UHGV virus genome: UHGV-0150885
DNA: 57,380 nt
Reading direction: 5' to 3' (one strand)
From: a virus
Position numbers and translations under genes: made by a program. This document shows positions 17,639 to 25,633 of this stretch, in pieces. The notes beneath the pieces were generated by a model that ran no database searches, was not told the origin of the DNA, and was given only the letters and a program-made list of their open reading frames with translations. How positions within the stretch are numbered: the stretch's first letter is position 1; each line of letters begins with the position of its first letter.

Positions 17639-18122
17639 CAGGTTATTAGCCTGCGTTTATGTCGCCGTTTTTGTGATCATCAATCTTATTGTTAACCATT
17701 GCGGCCCGTGGGTAATTCCAGTCACCACGGTAGCCGCTGTGTGTGTCAATATGATGATCCGTGACTTCCTGTTATATGACGGCGGCCTGAAATGGTCGGC
17801 TACAACATGCGCTATAGCTGGCGCGATCACGGTGCTGATAAATTACGACGCCGGAATGGTGGCGATCGCGTCGTTTGTCGCGGTTGTTTCCGGTGCGCTT
17901 ATTTCTGGCGGCGTTTACCGGGTTTTACCTGGTGATTTCGATTCTAAACGCTGGCCTGCAAATATAGCGTCCGCCATTGGTGATGCGTTAATTTTTCCTA
18001 CGCTATCGTTTGTGGCATTTATGCCGGAAATATCAGCTATGCAATTCATCTCAAAAATGGCAGCGGTAACGGTGATTACTATCATCATGCGCCGCTATTT
18101 TACGTTTGAGGGCAGGAAATGA
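17619..18122 (+). CDS. Integral membrane protein (~167 aa, 4-5 TM helices)
   Basis: Start MKRVTIDR; multiple hydrophobic helices. Confidence 0.5.
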   Translation: MKRVTIDRLLACVYVAVFVIINLIVNHCGPWVIPVTTVAAVCVNMMIRDFLLYDGGLKWSATTCAIAGAITVLINYDAGMVAIASFVAVVSGALISGGVYRVLPGDFDSKRWPANIASAIGDALIFPTLSFVAFMPEISAMQFISKMAAVTVITIIMRRYFTFEGRK

Positions 18123-18883
18123 AAGGGCTTAGAAATTGGGTTGTGTGGTCGCTGTACGACGGCAGCGGGTACGCCGTTAAGGATTGGGCGGAAGCTGGAT
18201 ATAAGTGCTATTGCTTCAACTATGACGGCGCTAATCACGGCGATTACGAAGGCGTAAAAATCATTCATCCGAATATCGAATACGTTAACGTATGGATTGA
18301 CAGCCATTTCCTGGTAATGTTCTCCCCTGAATTGTCTGTTTATCCAGATCCTGACATTATCCTGGGCTTTCCTCCGTGCGACGATCTCGCGGTATCCGGC
18401 GCTCGCTGGTTTGCTGATAAGCGGAAGAAAGATCCTTACTTTCAGCAGAAAGCAGCGTACAACGCAAAGTTAGTAGAAATGCTGGCGAGTATGTATAACG
18501 TCCCGTGGATGGTGGAAAATCCGGTAGGCGCACTGTCAACGTTATGGCGTAAACCGGATTTTATCTTTAATCCGTGCGCTTACGGTGGCTACCTGCCGGA
18601 AGATGATAAACATCCTGCTTTCCCGGAATACATCGCCGACCGCGACGCCTACACGAAGAAAACATGTATCTGGTGTGGGAATGGATTTAAACAGCCGCTA
18701 TTCCGGCCTGTACCGATGCCGGATGAATGGGAAGATAGTAAGCAGCACGCGAAGTTGGGCGGAAAGTCGAAGCGCACTAAGATGATCCGCTCACTAACGC
18801 CGCGCGGCTTTGCCCGTGCTGTATTCCTGGCTAACGACCGGGCAATCACTCGCACTACGCTTAACCGTGTTTTACCGGATTGA
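18119..18883 (+). CDS. C5-cytosine methyltransferase-like protein, compact, with atypical PCD motif
   Basis: 254 aa; motif I-like LYDGSGYAVKDWAEAGY, motif IV-like GFPPCDDLAVSGA (PCQ to PCD), motif VI-like MVENPVGAL. Confidence 0.6.
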   Translation: MKGLRNWVVWSLYDGSGYAVKDWAEAGYKCYCFNYDGANHGDYEGVKIIHPNIEYVNVWIDSHFLVMFSPELSVYPDPDIILGFPPCDDLAVSGARWFADKRKKDPYFQQKAAYNAKLVEMLASMYNVPWMVENPVGALSTLWRKPDFIFNPCAYGGYLPEDDKHPAFPEYIADRDAYTKKTCIWCGNGFKQPLFRPVPMPDEWEDSKQHAKLGGKSKRTKMIRSLTPRGFARAVFLANDRAITRTTLNRVLPD

Positions 18884-18885
18884 TG

Positions 18886-18964
18886 TTTACAAAATGGCGT
18901 CATTGTGTGATGAGCGTCACATAATGGCGCTTTTCATCTTGTCCGGGCGTATCCATTTTGTATA
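18886..18964. promoter_or_regulatory. Regulatory region: inverted TTTACAAAATGG / CCATTTTGTATA boxes flanking a perfect CRP-consensus-like palindrome TGTGATGAGCGTCACA
   Basis: Palindrome at 18906-18921; boxes at 18886-18897 and 18953-18964. Confidence 0.4.
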
Positions 18965-18979
18965 CTGCAATCAAACGAA

Positions 18980-19013
18980 ATGCTCTTTAAAAACCTGGCC
19001 CCGCTGAAATGCG
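18980..19013 (+). promoter_or_regulatory. Second + strand nut-like site: boxA TGCTCTTTAAAAA + boxB hairpin CCGC-TGAAAT-GCGG
   Basis: Same boxA and identical loop TGAAAT as nutL; upstream of ninG-rusA-Q block. Confidence 0.5.
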
Positions 19014-19046
19014 GAAATATATCACCTGACAGAAGGAGAATAAATC

Positions 19047-19223
19047 ATGAACGATGATAGGTACGCGTGGCATGACGACTACGAGCGCGAATGCGTAATG
19101 CGGGCAATGTGCAATTTATGTAACCCCGACAAAGGAGATTGTAACGAGTGCAACAAATGCGTAGATCATTGGCTAAGGGCCGGAGCCGCCGCAAAGCCGA
19201 ACGAAATCGAATATCGAAAATAA
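19047..19223 (+). CDS. Small cysteine-rich protein (58 aa), NinF-like position
   Basis: GAAGGAG SD; CxxC pairs (CNLCNP..CNECNKC); immediately upstream of ninG. Confidence 0.45.
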   Translation: MNDDRYAWHDDYERECVMRAMCNLCNPDKGDCNECNKCVDHWLRAGAAAKPNEIEYRK

Positions 19224-19237
19224 TTGGGGTGGACTTT

Positions 19238-19843
19238 ATGCAAAACCCTAAAAAACCCATAAGACGCCGTTGCAAGTGCTGCGGCGTTTTTTTTGAGCCT
19301 AAATATCACAACCAGACGTGGTGCAGTGACGAATGCCTGGAAGAATTGAAATTTGACCAGCTATGCCGCGACCGTGAGAAGGCTATGAAGGCTATGGAAC
19401 GGAAGAAACGCCGTGATAGCCAGCGGGAAGAACGCAACCGGAAGCGTAAACAGTTAAATCCGCGTAGTTATTGGATCAAACAAGTTCAAAATGTATTCAA
19501 TGCCTATATCCGCGAACGTGATGCGCGGTTGCCGTGTATATCCTGCGGGACTTACTACGGTGAGCAATGCGGGTGGGATGCAGGCCACTACAGAACGGTT
19601 GCCGCCGCCGGACACCTTCGCTTTAACGAGGATAATTGCCATAAACAATGCAGGCACTGCAACCAGACATTAGACGGAAACATAGGAGGGTATCGCCCGG
19701 CACTGATTCGAAAAATTGGCCTCGCTAGGGTGGTAGCACTGGAGAACAACAACGATACGCATAAATGGACGATCGCAGAATGTAAGGAGTTAATAAACAT
19801 CTATCAGGCGAAATTGGACGCCTTAAGGAGAAAGGCAGCATGA
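19238..19843 (+). CDS. ninG: NinG/Rap recombination protein
   Basis: Colinear with lambda NinG (RRRCK..C..F.P....WCS.EC, PRSYWIKQ, LPCISCGT, WDAGHYRT, LRFNE, HKQC..CNQ, RWTI.ECK). Confidence 0.85.
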   Translation: MQNPKKPIRRRCKCCGVFFEPKYHNQTWCSDECLEELKFDQLCRDREKAMKAMERKKRRDSQREERNRKRKQLNPRSYWIKQVQNVFNAYIRERDARLPCISCGTYYGEQCGWDAGHYRTVAAAGHLRFNEDNCHKQCRHCNQTLDGNIGGYRPALIRKIGLARVVALENNNDTHKWTIAECKELINIYQAKLDALRRKAA

Positions 19844-20247
19844 ATGAATATACTTTTAGCCTGCCTTACCCGCCATCCAATAACCGCTATTACAGGCATT
19901 CGCGCGGTTTTCACTATATCAGCAAAGTGGGGAAGGAGTACCGGGAGCAAGTAAAAGACATTATCGAGCTATTGAATTTAAATATTAACCTATCTTGCCG
20001 ACTGGCAATCGCCATTTATGCCGCGCCGCCGGATAACCGGACCAGGGATCTCGATAATCTCCCTAAATGCCTTTTTGATAGCCTTACTTATGCCGGATTC
20101 TGGAAAGATGATGGACAAATCGACGCAATAAAAATTGTACGCTGCCGGAAGGTAAAAGGCGGGCGATTGTTTATTAAGGTACGCGAACGCGGCGACCTGC
20201 TACCGGATATTGACGAATACGCGACTAATATGTGGGGTGAGCAATGA
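19840..20247 (+). CDS. rusA: RusA Holliday-junction resolvase
   Basis: 135 aa; PPSNNRYYRH, RDLDNL.K...D.LT.AGFW.DD motifs match RusA. Confidence 0.9.
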   Translation: MNEYTFSLPYPPSNNRYYRHSRGFHYISKVGKEYREQVKDIIELLNLNINLSCRLAIAIYAAPPDNRTRDLDNLPKCLFDSLTYAGFWKDDGQIDAIKIVRCRKVKGGRLFIKVRERGDLLPDIDEYATNMWGEQ

Positions 20248-20426
20248 AAAACGAAATTAAAGATCTGCAAATAGATATTCAGCGTGAGGAACATGATTTA
20301 GAAACAATCCGACAAATCCAGGCTTTTCATATGCGCGAATTGCTTGCGCTAAAAGAGCTTGAGCGAAAGATGGTGCAATCCATTTCTGACCGTAAACACC
20401 TGGCGGCGCGTTACGGGGGTAAATAA
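20244..20426 (+). CDS. Hypothetical coiled-coil protein (60 aa)
   Basis: ORF track; coupled between rusA and Q. Confidence 0.45.
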   Translation: MKNEIKDLQIDIQREEHDLETIRQIQAFHMRELLALKELERKMVQSISDRKHLAARYGGK

Positions 20427-21148
20427 TGAATTTAGAATCCATTCTAAAATTCCACTTTCCTAAATCACCGCGATTGTCAGACGAAAGCCGGGGAACATCC
20501 CCGGATGCGCTTAATACGACGGATGCACTTACCGCCGCTGGTATGGCGCAATCGCGCGTAGAGCTTGGCTATAGCGCTTTTTTAGGGAAGATGGAACTAT
20601 CGCAAGCCGAAAAACACAAGGCCGTAGTATTGCTTACAGAGCGTTTAAGGGCTATGGCAAAAGATTACGAATACGTCATGGAGTTAAACGAGGATCAGCG
20701 CAATGGACTTATTATTCTTGTTGCCGTTTTCGCGTTTAGGGATTATTGCCAAAGCGCCGCTACGGAAAAAACTTGTATGGAGTGCGGCGGATATAAATTT
20801 ACGTTTGACGACTACGGGGAAAAACACCTTTGCAAAAAATGCAAGGGGCATGGGAAAGTTCGCAACCATTGTAAACAATGCAAAGGGCGCGGCGAGATAC
20901 CGGATAAAGCAGCCAGCAACGCGGCGGAAATGCCAGTTTTCAAAACGTGCCAGCACTGCGGCGGGCGTGGGTACTCACGTTTCCCGGTAGATCTTGTTCG
21001 GCAGGCGGTTAATCAGCTTGTTTTTCCGGTAAGCCGATCAACGTGGTGGAAAAAATATCGGGTTTTCTATGAGGACGCCATAGCGGAGCTATTCAAAGAG
21101 GAAGCCCGCGCGGAAAGCGAAATCAAGCGAGTGACACGGGGTGAATAA
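20426..21148 (+). CDS. Q: Late-gene antiterminator Q (phage 82/21 type)
   Basis: 240 aa; N-terminus LESILKFHFPKSPRLSDESRG like Q82 (LESVAKFHSPKSPMMSDSPRA); Cys-rich zinc-finger region. Confidence 0.85.
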   Translation: MNLESILKFHFPKSPRLSDESRGTSPDALNTTDALTAAGMAQSRVELGYSAFLGKMELSQAEKHKAVVLLTERLRAMAKDYEYVMELNEDQRNGLIILVAVFAFRDYCQSAATEKTCMECGGYKFTFDDYGEKHLCKKCKGHGKVRNHCKQCKGRGEIPDKAASNAAEMPVFKTCQHCGGRGYSRFPVDLVRQAVNQLVFPVSRSTWWKKYRVFYEDAIAELFKEEARAESEIKRVTRGE

Positions 21149-21348
21149 TGGATAAGCTGGAAATAAACGATCAGTTCGCTGTTATCTTGTTCGAAGATAA
21201 AACAGGCGGCGCATGGTGTAAGAAAGTCACTGGTACAGAAGCGCATTTAATTTTGAAAATAGCAAGCGCGTTACACGACGGCGAGTTACCTGCCATCCCT
21301 GTTAAGCCAGTCCATATTTACAAACGGGGTGACGATGATGAAGCCTAA
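21148..21348 (+). CDS. Hypothetical protein (66 aa)
   Basis: ORF track; first gene of tightly packed array downstream of Q. Confidence 0.45.
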   Translation: MDKLEINDQFAVILFEDKTGGAWCKKVTGTEAHLILKIASALHDGELPAIPVKPVHIYKRGDDDEA

Positions 21349-21607
21349 ATTAAAAGAACATCTTTTTGCAAAACTTGTTAATGACCTGACGTTATCAGCG
21401 CGGTTGTGTGGTGATACACAACAATTACGGGCGTGGATAGCAAGGGATTTGAAAAAATATATTGAGCCTGGCGGGCCGGGTGACGAAATGACGATGGACA
21501 AGGCCATCAAGCGCCGGACTGCTGAATGGTCAGTAAGTAATACCGGATTAACCGGATATATTGAAGGCTATAACGACTGTTTACAGGATCATAGCGATGG
21601 CAAGTAA
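21329..21607 (+). CDS. Hypothetical protein (92 aa)
   Basis: ORF track. Confidence 0.45.
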   Translation: MTMMKPKLKEHLFAKLVNDLTLSARLCGDTQQLRAWIARDLKKYIEPGGPGDEMTMDKAIKRRTAEWSVSNTGLTGYIEGYNDCLQDHSDGK

Positions 21608-21911
21608 AGATCTACATTTAAACCTGAAAGGAGAATACTTTTACGCCATCCGGGCGGGAAAGAAGGTGGAGGAATACCGGCTTTATAATGACTATTGGCG
21701 CAAGCGCCTGGAGGGGCGGGAATATGAACGCCTGATTATTAAGCTGGGGTATCCAGCCAGCCACGAAGCGCACCGGATCATAAACCTTCCTTATTTTGGG
21801 TATGAAGTGAAAATTATCACACATCCATTATTCGGCCCTGATCCGGTGAAAGTATTCGCAATTAAATGTGATGTGAATTGGATGTTAAGGTGGGGGAGCG
21901 ATGAAAAGTAA
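21597..21911 (+). CDS. Hypothetical protein, possible ASCH/PUA-like fold
   Basis: Start MASKDLHL; LKGEYFYAIRAGKKVEEYR resembles ASCH N-terminal strand pattern (weak). Confidence 0.4.
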   Translation: MASKDLHLNLKGEYFYAIRAGKKVEEYRLYNDYWRKRLEGREYERLIIKLGYPASHEAHRIINLPYFGYEVKIITHPLFGPDPVKVFAIKCDVNWMLRWGSDEK

Positions 21912-22113
21912 CCGTAAACGCCTGGTAAGGGCGTATGACAAAGCGTTAAAGGCTTTTGATGATCTGCGACACAATAAGCGCCAGCGCCGCAAGTGGGCGC
22001 GATTTTTTGTTAGTGAATGGCATGATGATGATTTCTTCCTGGAAGCGCGGCATATGACGCAGGAAGACGCCGACGCATTAGCTGATGATAACATTTACTA
22101 TATGATGTGGTGA
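21901..22113 (+). CDS. Hypothetical protein (70 aa)
   Basis: ORF track. Confidence 0.45.
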   Translation: MKSNRKRLVRAYDKALKAFDDLRHNKRQRRKWARFFVSEWHDDDFFLEARHMTQEDADALADDNIYYMMW

Positions 22114-22117
22114 TAAT

Positions 22118-22483
22118 ATGCAAATAATCATTGATTACCTTTGCCATGTATTCAATACAATTTTTGGCTTTTATCAACAACCATTTCTTAAAGAATGGGA
22201 TTCGATGCTAAACGATATTCTCGATAAAGGATTAATAATGGAGGTTGACGAGCTTACAATCAAATTTAATTATGAGGGTGAAATTTATCTAATTTGGGTC
22301 GGGAATAGATGGTATGCATACGGTCATATTTATTCAATTGGCGATAAATACATTAAAAGGGGTCAAGAATTCCGACCACGCTTCCGCACAATGCGCCGCC
22401 TGCATAACCTGCATATGAATCTCTTTGAAGACCAGGAAGCACGGGAATTATTTAAAATTTACGGAGGTAAATCATGGAGCTAA
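22118..22483 (+). CDS. Hypothetical protein (121 aa)
   Basis: ORF track. Confidence 0.45.
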   Translation: MQIIIDYLCHVFNTIFGFYQQPFLKEWDSMLNDILDKGLIMEVDELTIKFNYEGEIYLIWVGNRWYAYGHIYSIGDKYIKRGQEFRPRFRTMRRLHNLHMNLFEDQEARELFKIYGGKSWS

Positions 22484-22704
22484 AGATCTGGCGTGCTATC
22501 GACGTAGTTGACAATGAGTTAAGTATGTTTGCCACTGATGGAAAGCGCGTAGTGATCGCTACATGGACGCATAACCATGATGATATTGTTTTTCGTCGCA
22601 AAGCTGCGGAGTGGCTTTTCTCTGACGATGGCTACACGATGAACATCGCCCAGCTTGCCAGAATGAAAGATGAAATATTAACCGACAGCTACACAACTGC
22701 ATAG
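22474..22704 (+). CDS. Hypothetical protein (76 aa)
   Basis: ORF track. Confidence 0.45.
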   Translation: MELKIWRAIDVVDNELSMFATDGKRVVIATWTHNHDDIVFRRKAAEWLFSDDGYTMNIAQLARMKDEILTDSYTTA

Positions 22705-22708
22705 CGGG

Positions 22709-22948
22709 GTGAATATGCGTATCTATGAGCACAAGCGGGATAAAACCCGCTTTTTTGTTCGTGCTGGCGTGGCGTACCAGTATCACGACTGCGGGTATAT
22801 TGAGGCGCTTGCTTACGACCTGGATTTCGAGCAAGAAAAGGAGTGGTTTGATTTCAAGATTTACCGGAAGCGCAAACCGACGCACGACGAGCGCCACGCT
22901 ATCCGTGATTTTTTAATCAGCATTGACCGCTGGGAGGCAGAGGAATGA
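22709..22948 (+). CDS. Hypothetical protein (79 aa)
   Basis: ORF track. Confidence 0.45.
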   Translation: MNMRIYEHKRDKTRFFVRAGVAYQYHDCGYIEALAYDLDFEQEKEWFDFKIYRKRKPTHDERHAIRDFLISIDRWEAEE

Positions 22949-23238
22949 AAACGAAGAAAGCAGCAGATAAGAAAGCGTTGGTTATCGCCACAACGGATGT
23001 ATCGTTATTCACGAAGGGTGAAGAAATAGATCTTAAATTGCTTTTTGGTATGTTTGAACCACACGAAAAGCCGTGGTTTGTTCATGAAGATAAACAGGGA
23101 AATATGCGTGTCGTAGTGCCGGACAAAAACAGCGACATATTTTTTGCTATTCCAGATCCGTTACATGACGGTGAAATGTTGGCGGTATTGTTGATCGCTG
23201 ATGCTGTTACTTATAAGGGTAAAAAATATGAAAGTTAA
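22945..23238 (+). CDS. Hypothetical protein (97 aa)
   Basis: ORF track; overlapping stop/start. Confidence 0.45.
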   Translation: MKTKKAADKKALVIATTDVSLFTKGEEIDLKLLFGMFEPHEKPWFVHEDKQGNMRVVVPDKNSDIFFAIPDPLHDGEMLAVLLIADAVTYKGKKYES

Positions 23239-23455
23239 ATTCCTGCATGACCACGGATACCCATCATTAAAACGCGTAGTAGGGGAAGTGGTAGACGTAG
23301 TTCATTCTGATGATGTGACCTGCGTCATTATGGGTAAAGACCTCATCGCTCATGGTGCTGATGATCACTACATTAACCCGGCGTGGTCGTATACATTCAG
23401 CCTGGGGGATTTCGTAGGTGATAAGGGGCGCGGCCTGCAAGTAGTCGAGGGTTAA
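23228..23455 (+). CDS. Hypothetical protein (~75 aa)
   Basis: ORF track; start MKVKFLHD. Confidence 0.45.
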   Translation: MKVKFLHDHGYPSLKRVVGEVVDVVHSDDVTCVIMGKDLIAHGADDHYINPAWSYTFSLGDFVGDKGRGLQVVEG

Positions 23456-23459
23456 TATC

Positions 23460-23675
23460 ATGGACGTTTACGAGGATTTATACCTACAGACGAATACCCA
23501 CACCTTTTATTTTCTGAAAAACGGCGTCGTATGCCGCAGTGACGACGGGGTGATAATGAAGGAGTGGTTATTCAAGCGTAAAGACCTACTTGATGATCTG
23601 GTTTTTGCCGGGATATTCCGTAAACGTCCGGCTAACCTGGAAGAAGAAATGTTGATCGACGAGGTATTGAAATGA
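23460..23675 (+). CDS. Hypothetical protein (71 aa)
   Basis: ORF track. Confidence 0.45.
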   Translation: MDVYEDLYLQTNTHTFYFLKNGVVCRSDDGVIMKEWLFKRKDLLDDLVFAGIFRKRPANLEEEMLIDEVLK

Positions 23676-23923
23676 AAATGAAAGTGAATTATTTCAGAGC
23701 GAAAGATAAAGCAACAGGAAAGCGTGTGGCTATCCTGGTTAATGAAGCAAATTATATGTTTGTTCTCCAGCCGTGGTGCATGGCTGACTATAACGATGAT
23801 TATCGTCGTCACGCTGCGCGCGGCGCGGTCGGGATGAAAGGTTGGCAACCGCGCGACATGCTTAATTATTGCGACTGGAATCTGATAGCAAAATACACGG
23901 TCGATTATAAGGGAATATTCTGA
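23672..23923 (+). CDS. Hypothetical protein (83 aa)
   Basis: ORF track. Confidence 0.45.
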   Translation: MKMKVNYFRAKDKATGKRVAILVNEANYMFVLQPWCMADYNDDYRRHAARGAVGMKGWQPRDMLNYCDWNLIAKYTVDYKGIF

Positions 23924-24207
23924 TGGAAAGCTATTTTGATCGGATGTTTTGCCGCACAACTTGTAACGAATATAAATTTACCACGGGGCAGGCGTACACA
24001 ATTCACAGATTGCGCAATGCGACTACTGACCCGATGGTATTCGTTGCGAGTGATAACGAAGGGGTAATGTATCAGGTATTCTACTGCGGCGATCTTGATT
24101 ATGCACTGGTGAAAAACATTACCGGACAATGGTTAGCGCAATTTTCCAGATACCCGGCTGATGTTGATGTAAAAAATTATTTAAAGGTGGCTGATAATGC
24201 AGGTTAA
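23923..24207 (+). CDS. Small protein, member of tandem paralogue family (94 aa)
   Basis: Shares F-x-x-G-x-x-Y ... D-x-x-G-x-[WY]-x-[FY] pattern with next four ORFs. Confidence 0.5.
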   Translation: MESYFDRMFCRTTCNEYKFTTGQAYTIHRLRNATTDPMVFVASDNEGVMYQVFYCGDLDYALVKNITGQWLAQFSRYPADVDVKNYLKVADNAG

Positions 24208-24409
24208 ATGTTCATACTCAAGCAATGACAGCGTTTTCACGATTGGGCGAATTTATGACGTTCACATCGTTTATGGCAATGAAAATCACACAATGAATAA
24301 CTGCCTCGCCTTAATTGATAACCATGATGAGATCTGGATGTTCAGGCCAAGCTATCAGGGCGGCGAAATATCCGGCGTGGGTTTTGTTGCCAGCTTCGAA
24401 CGTTATTAA
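24197..24409 (+). CDS. Small protein, tandem paralogue family (70 aa)
   Basis: FTIGRIYDVHIVYG...IDNHDEIWMF. Confidence 0.5.
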   Translation: MQVKCSYSSNDSVFTIGRIYDVHIVYGNENHTMNNCLALIDNHDEIWMFRPSYQGGEISGVGFVASFERY

Positions 24410-24419
24410 AGGGGTAACC

Positions 24420-24671
24420 ATGAAACATTTATATTTTGAGGTAGTACAGACGCGCGATCGCGACATATTCGAAGAAGGAAAGATTTATTGCGGCGTTCAA
24501 ATCCACGGTGCACCGGGCGGTGAGGCGATGGCGATAACTGGCGATGATGATAAGGTTTATTTTGCTTATGTCACACGCTTTCCACACACTGACAAGGTTT
24601 ATTATCGCATCGTGCATGACTTCCAGGGCGTAGCTGTATTTTGTGACCGCGAAGGCAGTAAACCGGAATAG
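24420..24671 (+). CDS. Small protein, tandem paralogue family (~83 aa)
   Basis: FEEGKIYCGVQIHG...ITGDDDKVYFAY; AAAGGGG SD. Confidence 0.5.
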   Translation: MKHLYFEVVQTRDRDIFEEGKIYCGVQIHGAPGGEAMAITGDDDKVYFAYVTRFPHTDKVYYRIVHDFQGVAVFCDREGSKPE

Positions 24672-24680
24672 GTGGTTGTT

Positions 24681-24920
24681 ATGAGTCGGAATCACAGGTA
24701 TCAATGCACGTATTCACGATGCAGCGCGTTTTTTAAGAATGGCAAGATCTACGAAGTCAGCGCGGCATTGGTTGACGCGAAGGATCAGGAATATATCCAC
24801 GCCATTACTGACGACCAGGGCCAGCTATGGCGCTTTTATAAGATGGGGTGTGGCACGGCGCTTGTTTATGCGCGTACTGGTGGCGGCGCTTTTGCTGCAT
24901 TTTCGTATGTGGGGGTATGA
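24681..24920 (+). CDS. Small protein, tandem paralogue family (~79 aa)
   Basis: FKNGKIYEVSAALV...ITDDQGQLWRFY. Confidence 0.5.
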   Translation: MSRNHRYQCTYSRCSAFFKNGKIYEVSAALVDAKDQEYIHAITDDQGQLWRFYKMGCGTALVYARTGGGAFAAFSYVGV

Positions 24921-24922
24921 TA

Positions 24923-25141
24923 ATGACTATTTTAACGTGTCACGGATCTGATCTTGATTGTTTCGAGGACGGTTGCCAGTACGAAGCGGAAAAGCCAGGC
25001 GGATTACCGAAAAATCCGTTTTTAGTCGTCACAGATGCTTACGGTCACTTATGGTATGCAGCGCCCAGCAAGGCGCGTGGCTGGTGGCTGATTCAGAATG
25101 ACGATCGCGCGGTTGTAGTGGCCTTTAAGCAGGATGAATAA
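24923..25141 (+). CDS. Small protein, tandem paralogue family (~72 aa)
   Basis: FEDGCQYEAEKPG...VTDAYGHLWYA. Confidence 0.5.
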   Translation: MTILTCHGSDLDCFEDGCQYEAEKPGGLPKNPFLVVTDAYGHLWYAAPSKARGWWLIQNDDRAVVVAFKQDE

Positions 25142-25163
25142 AAGCGTGATCTACCCCGCAAAG

Positions 25164-25206
25164 TTTACAAAATGGCATTGTTCCGGCAGTGCCGTTTTGT
25201 TATATA
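25164..25206 (+). promoter_or_regulatory. Candidate late promoter PR' (TTTACAAAATGG box, -35 TTGTTC, 17 bp, -10 TATATA)
   Basis: Promoter-like hexamers about 175 bp upstream of tR'-like terminator and lysis genes. Confidence 0.45.
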
Positions 25207-25380
25207 TAAGTCAAGGAAAGACGGAAGGGGAGATAAGAAAATGAAACGCGAATATGTAAACACCATCAAAGGCATCGAAGCGGACCTGGCGCAAGGTTGG
25301 TGATTTGTAGCTATAAGCCGTGTTTGTATAGGTTAAACAAACGGATTAAAATATTTCCTAACAATGCGAAATTGTATTCA

Positions 25381-25405
25381 CCCGGCCCCGCGCCGGGTTT
25401 TTGCT
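25381..25405 (+). terminator. Rho-independent terminator (tR'-like) just upstream of holin
   Basis: CCCGGC-CCCGC-GCCGGG hairpin followed by TTTTTGCTTTG. Confidence 0.65.
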
Positions 25406-25420
25406 TTGTTGGGGGAATAA

Positions 25421-25633
25421 ATGATCGCCACGTTAATTACGCGAACAAGGGAGGCCGCAAGCTATGTAGCTGGTATTCTGACAACCATAATTGGCGGTTT
25501 ATCCCTGAATGACATAGCCGTGATAGTTGGTATCGGGTGCACGATAGGCACTTTCGCGGTTAACTGGTATTACAAGCGACAGGAGAATAAGCGGGAGCAG
25601 GAAAGGCACAACCTGGAGATGAAAAAATTATGA
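25421..25633 (+). CDS. Holin (two-TM, pinholin-like)
   Basis: 70 aa; two hydrophobic helices, charged C-tail; ATGA overlap with endolysin. Confidence 0.7.
   Translation: MIATLITRTREAASYVAGILTTIIGGLSLNDIAVIVGIGCTIGTFAVNWYYKRQENKREQERHNLEMKKL

Noticed and set aside
25240-25302. 20-codon ORF (MKREYVNTIKGIEADLAQGW) in the late-promoter leader
   Set aside because: Has an SD-like GGGGAG but sits in the presumed short leader between promoter and terminator; too little evidence to call as a gene.
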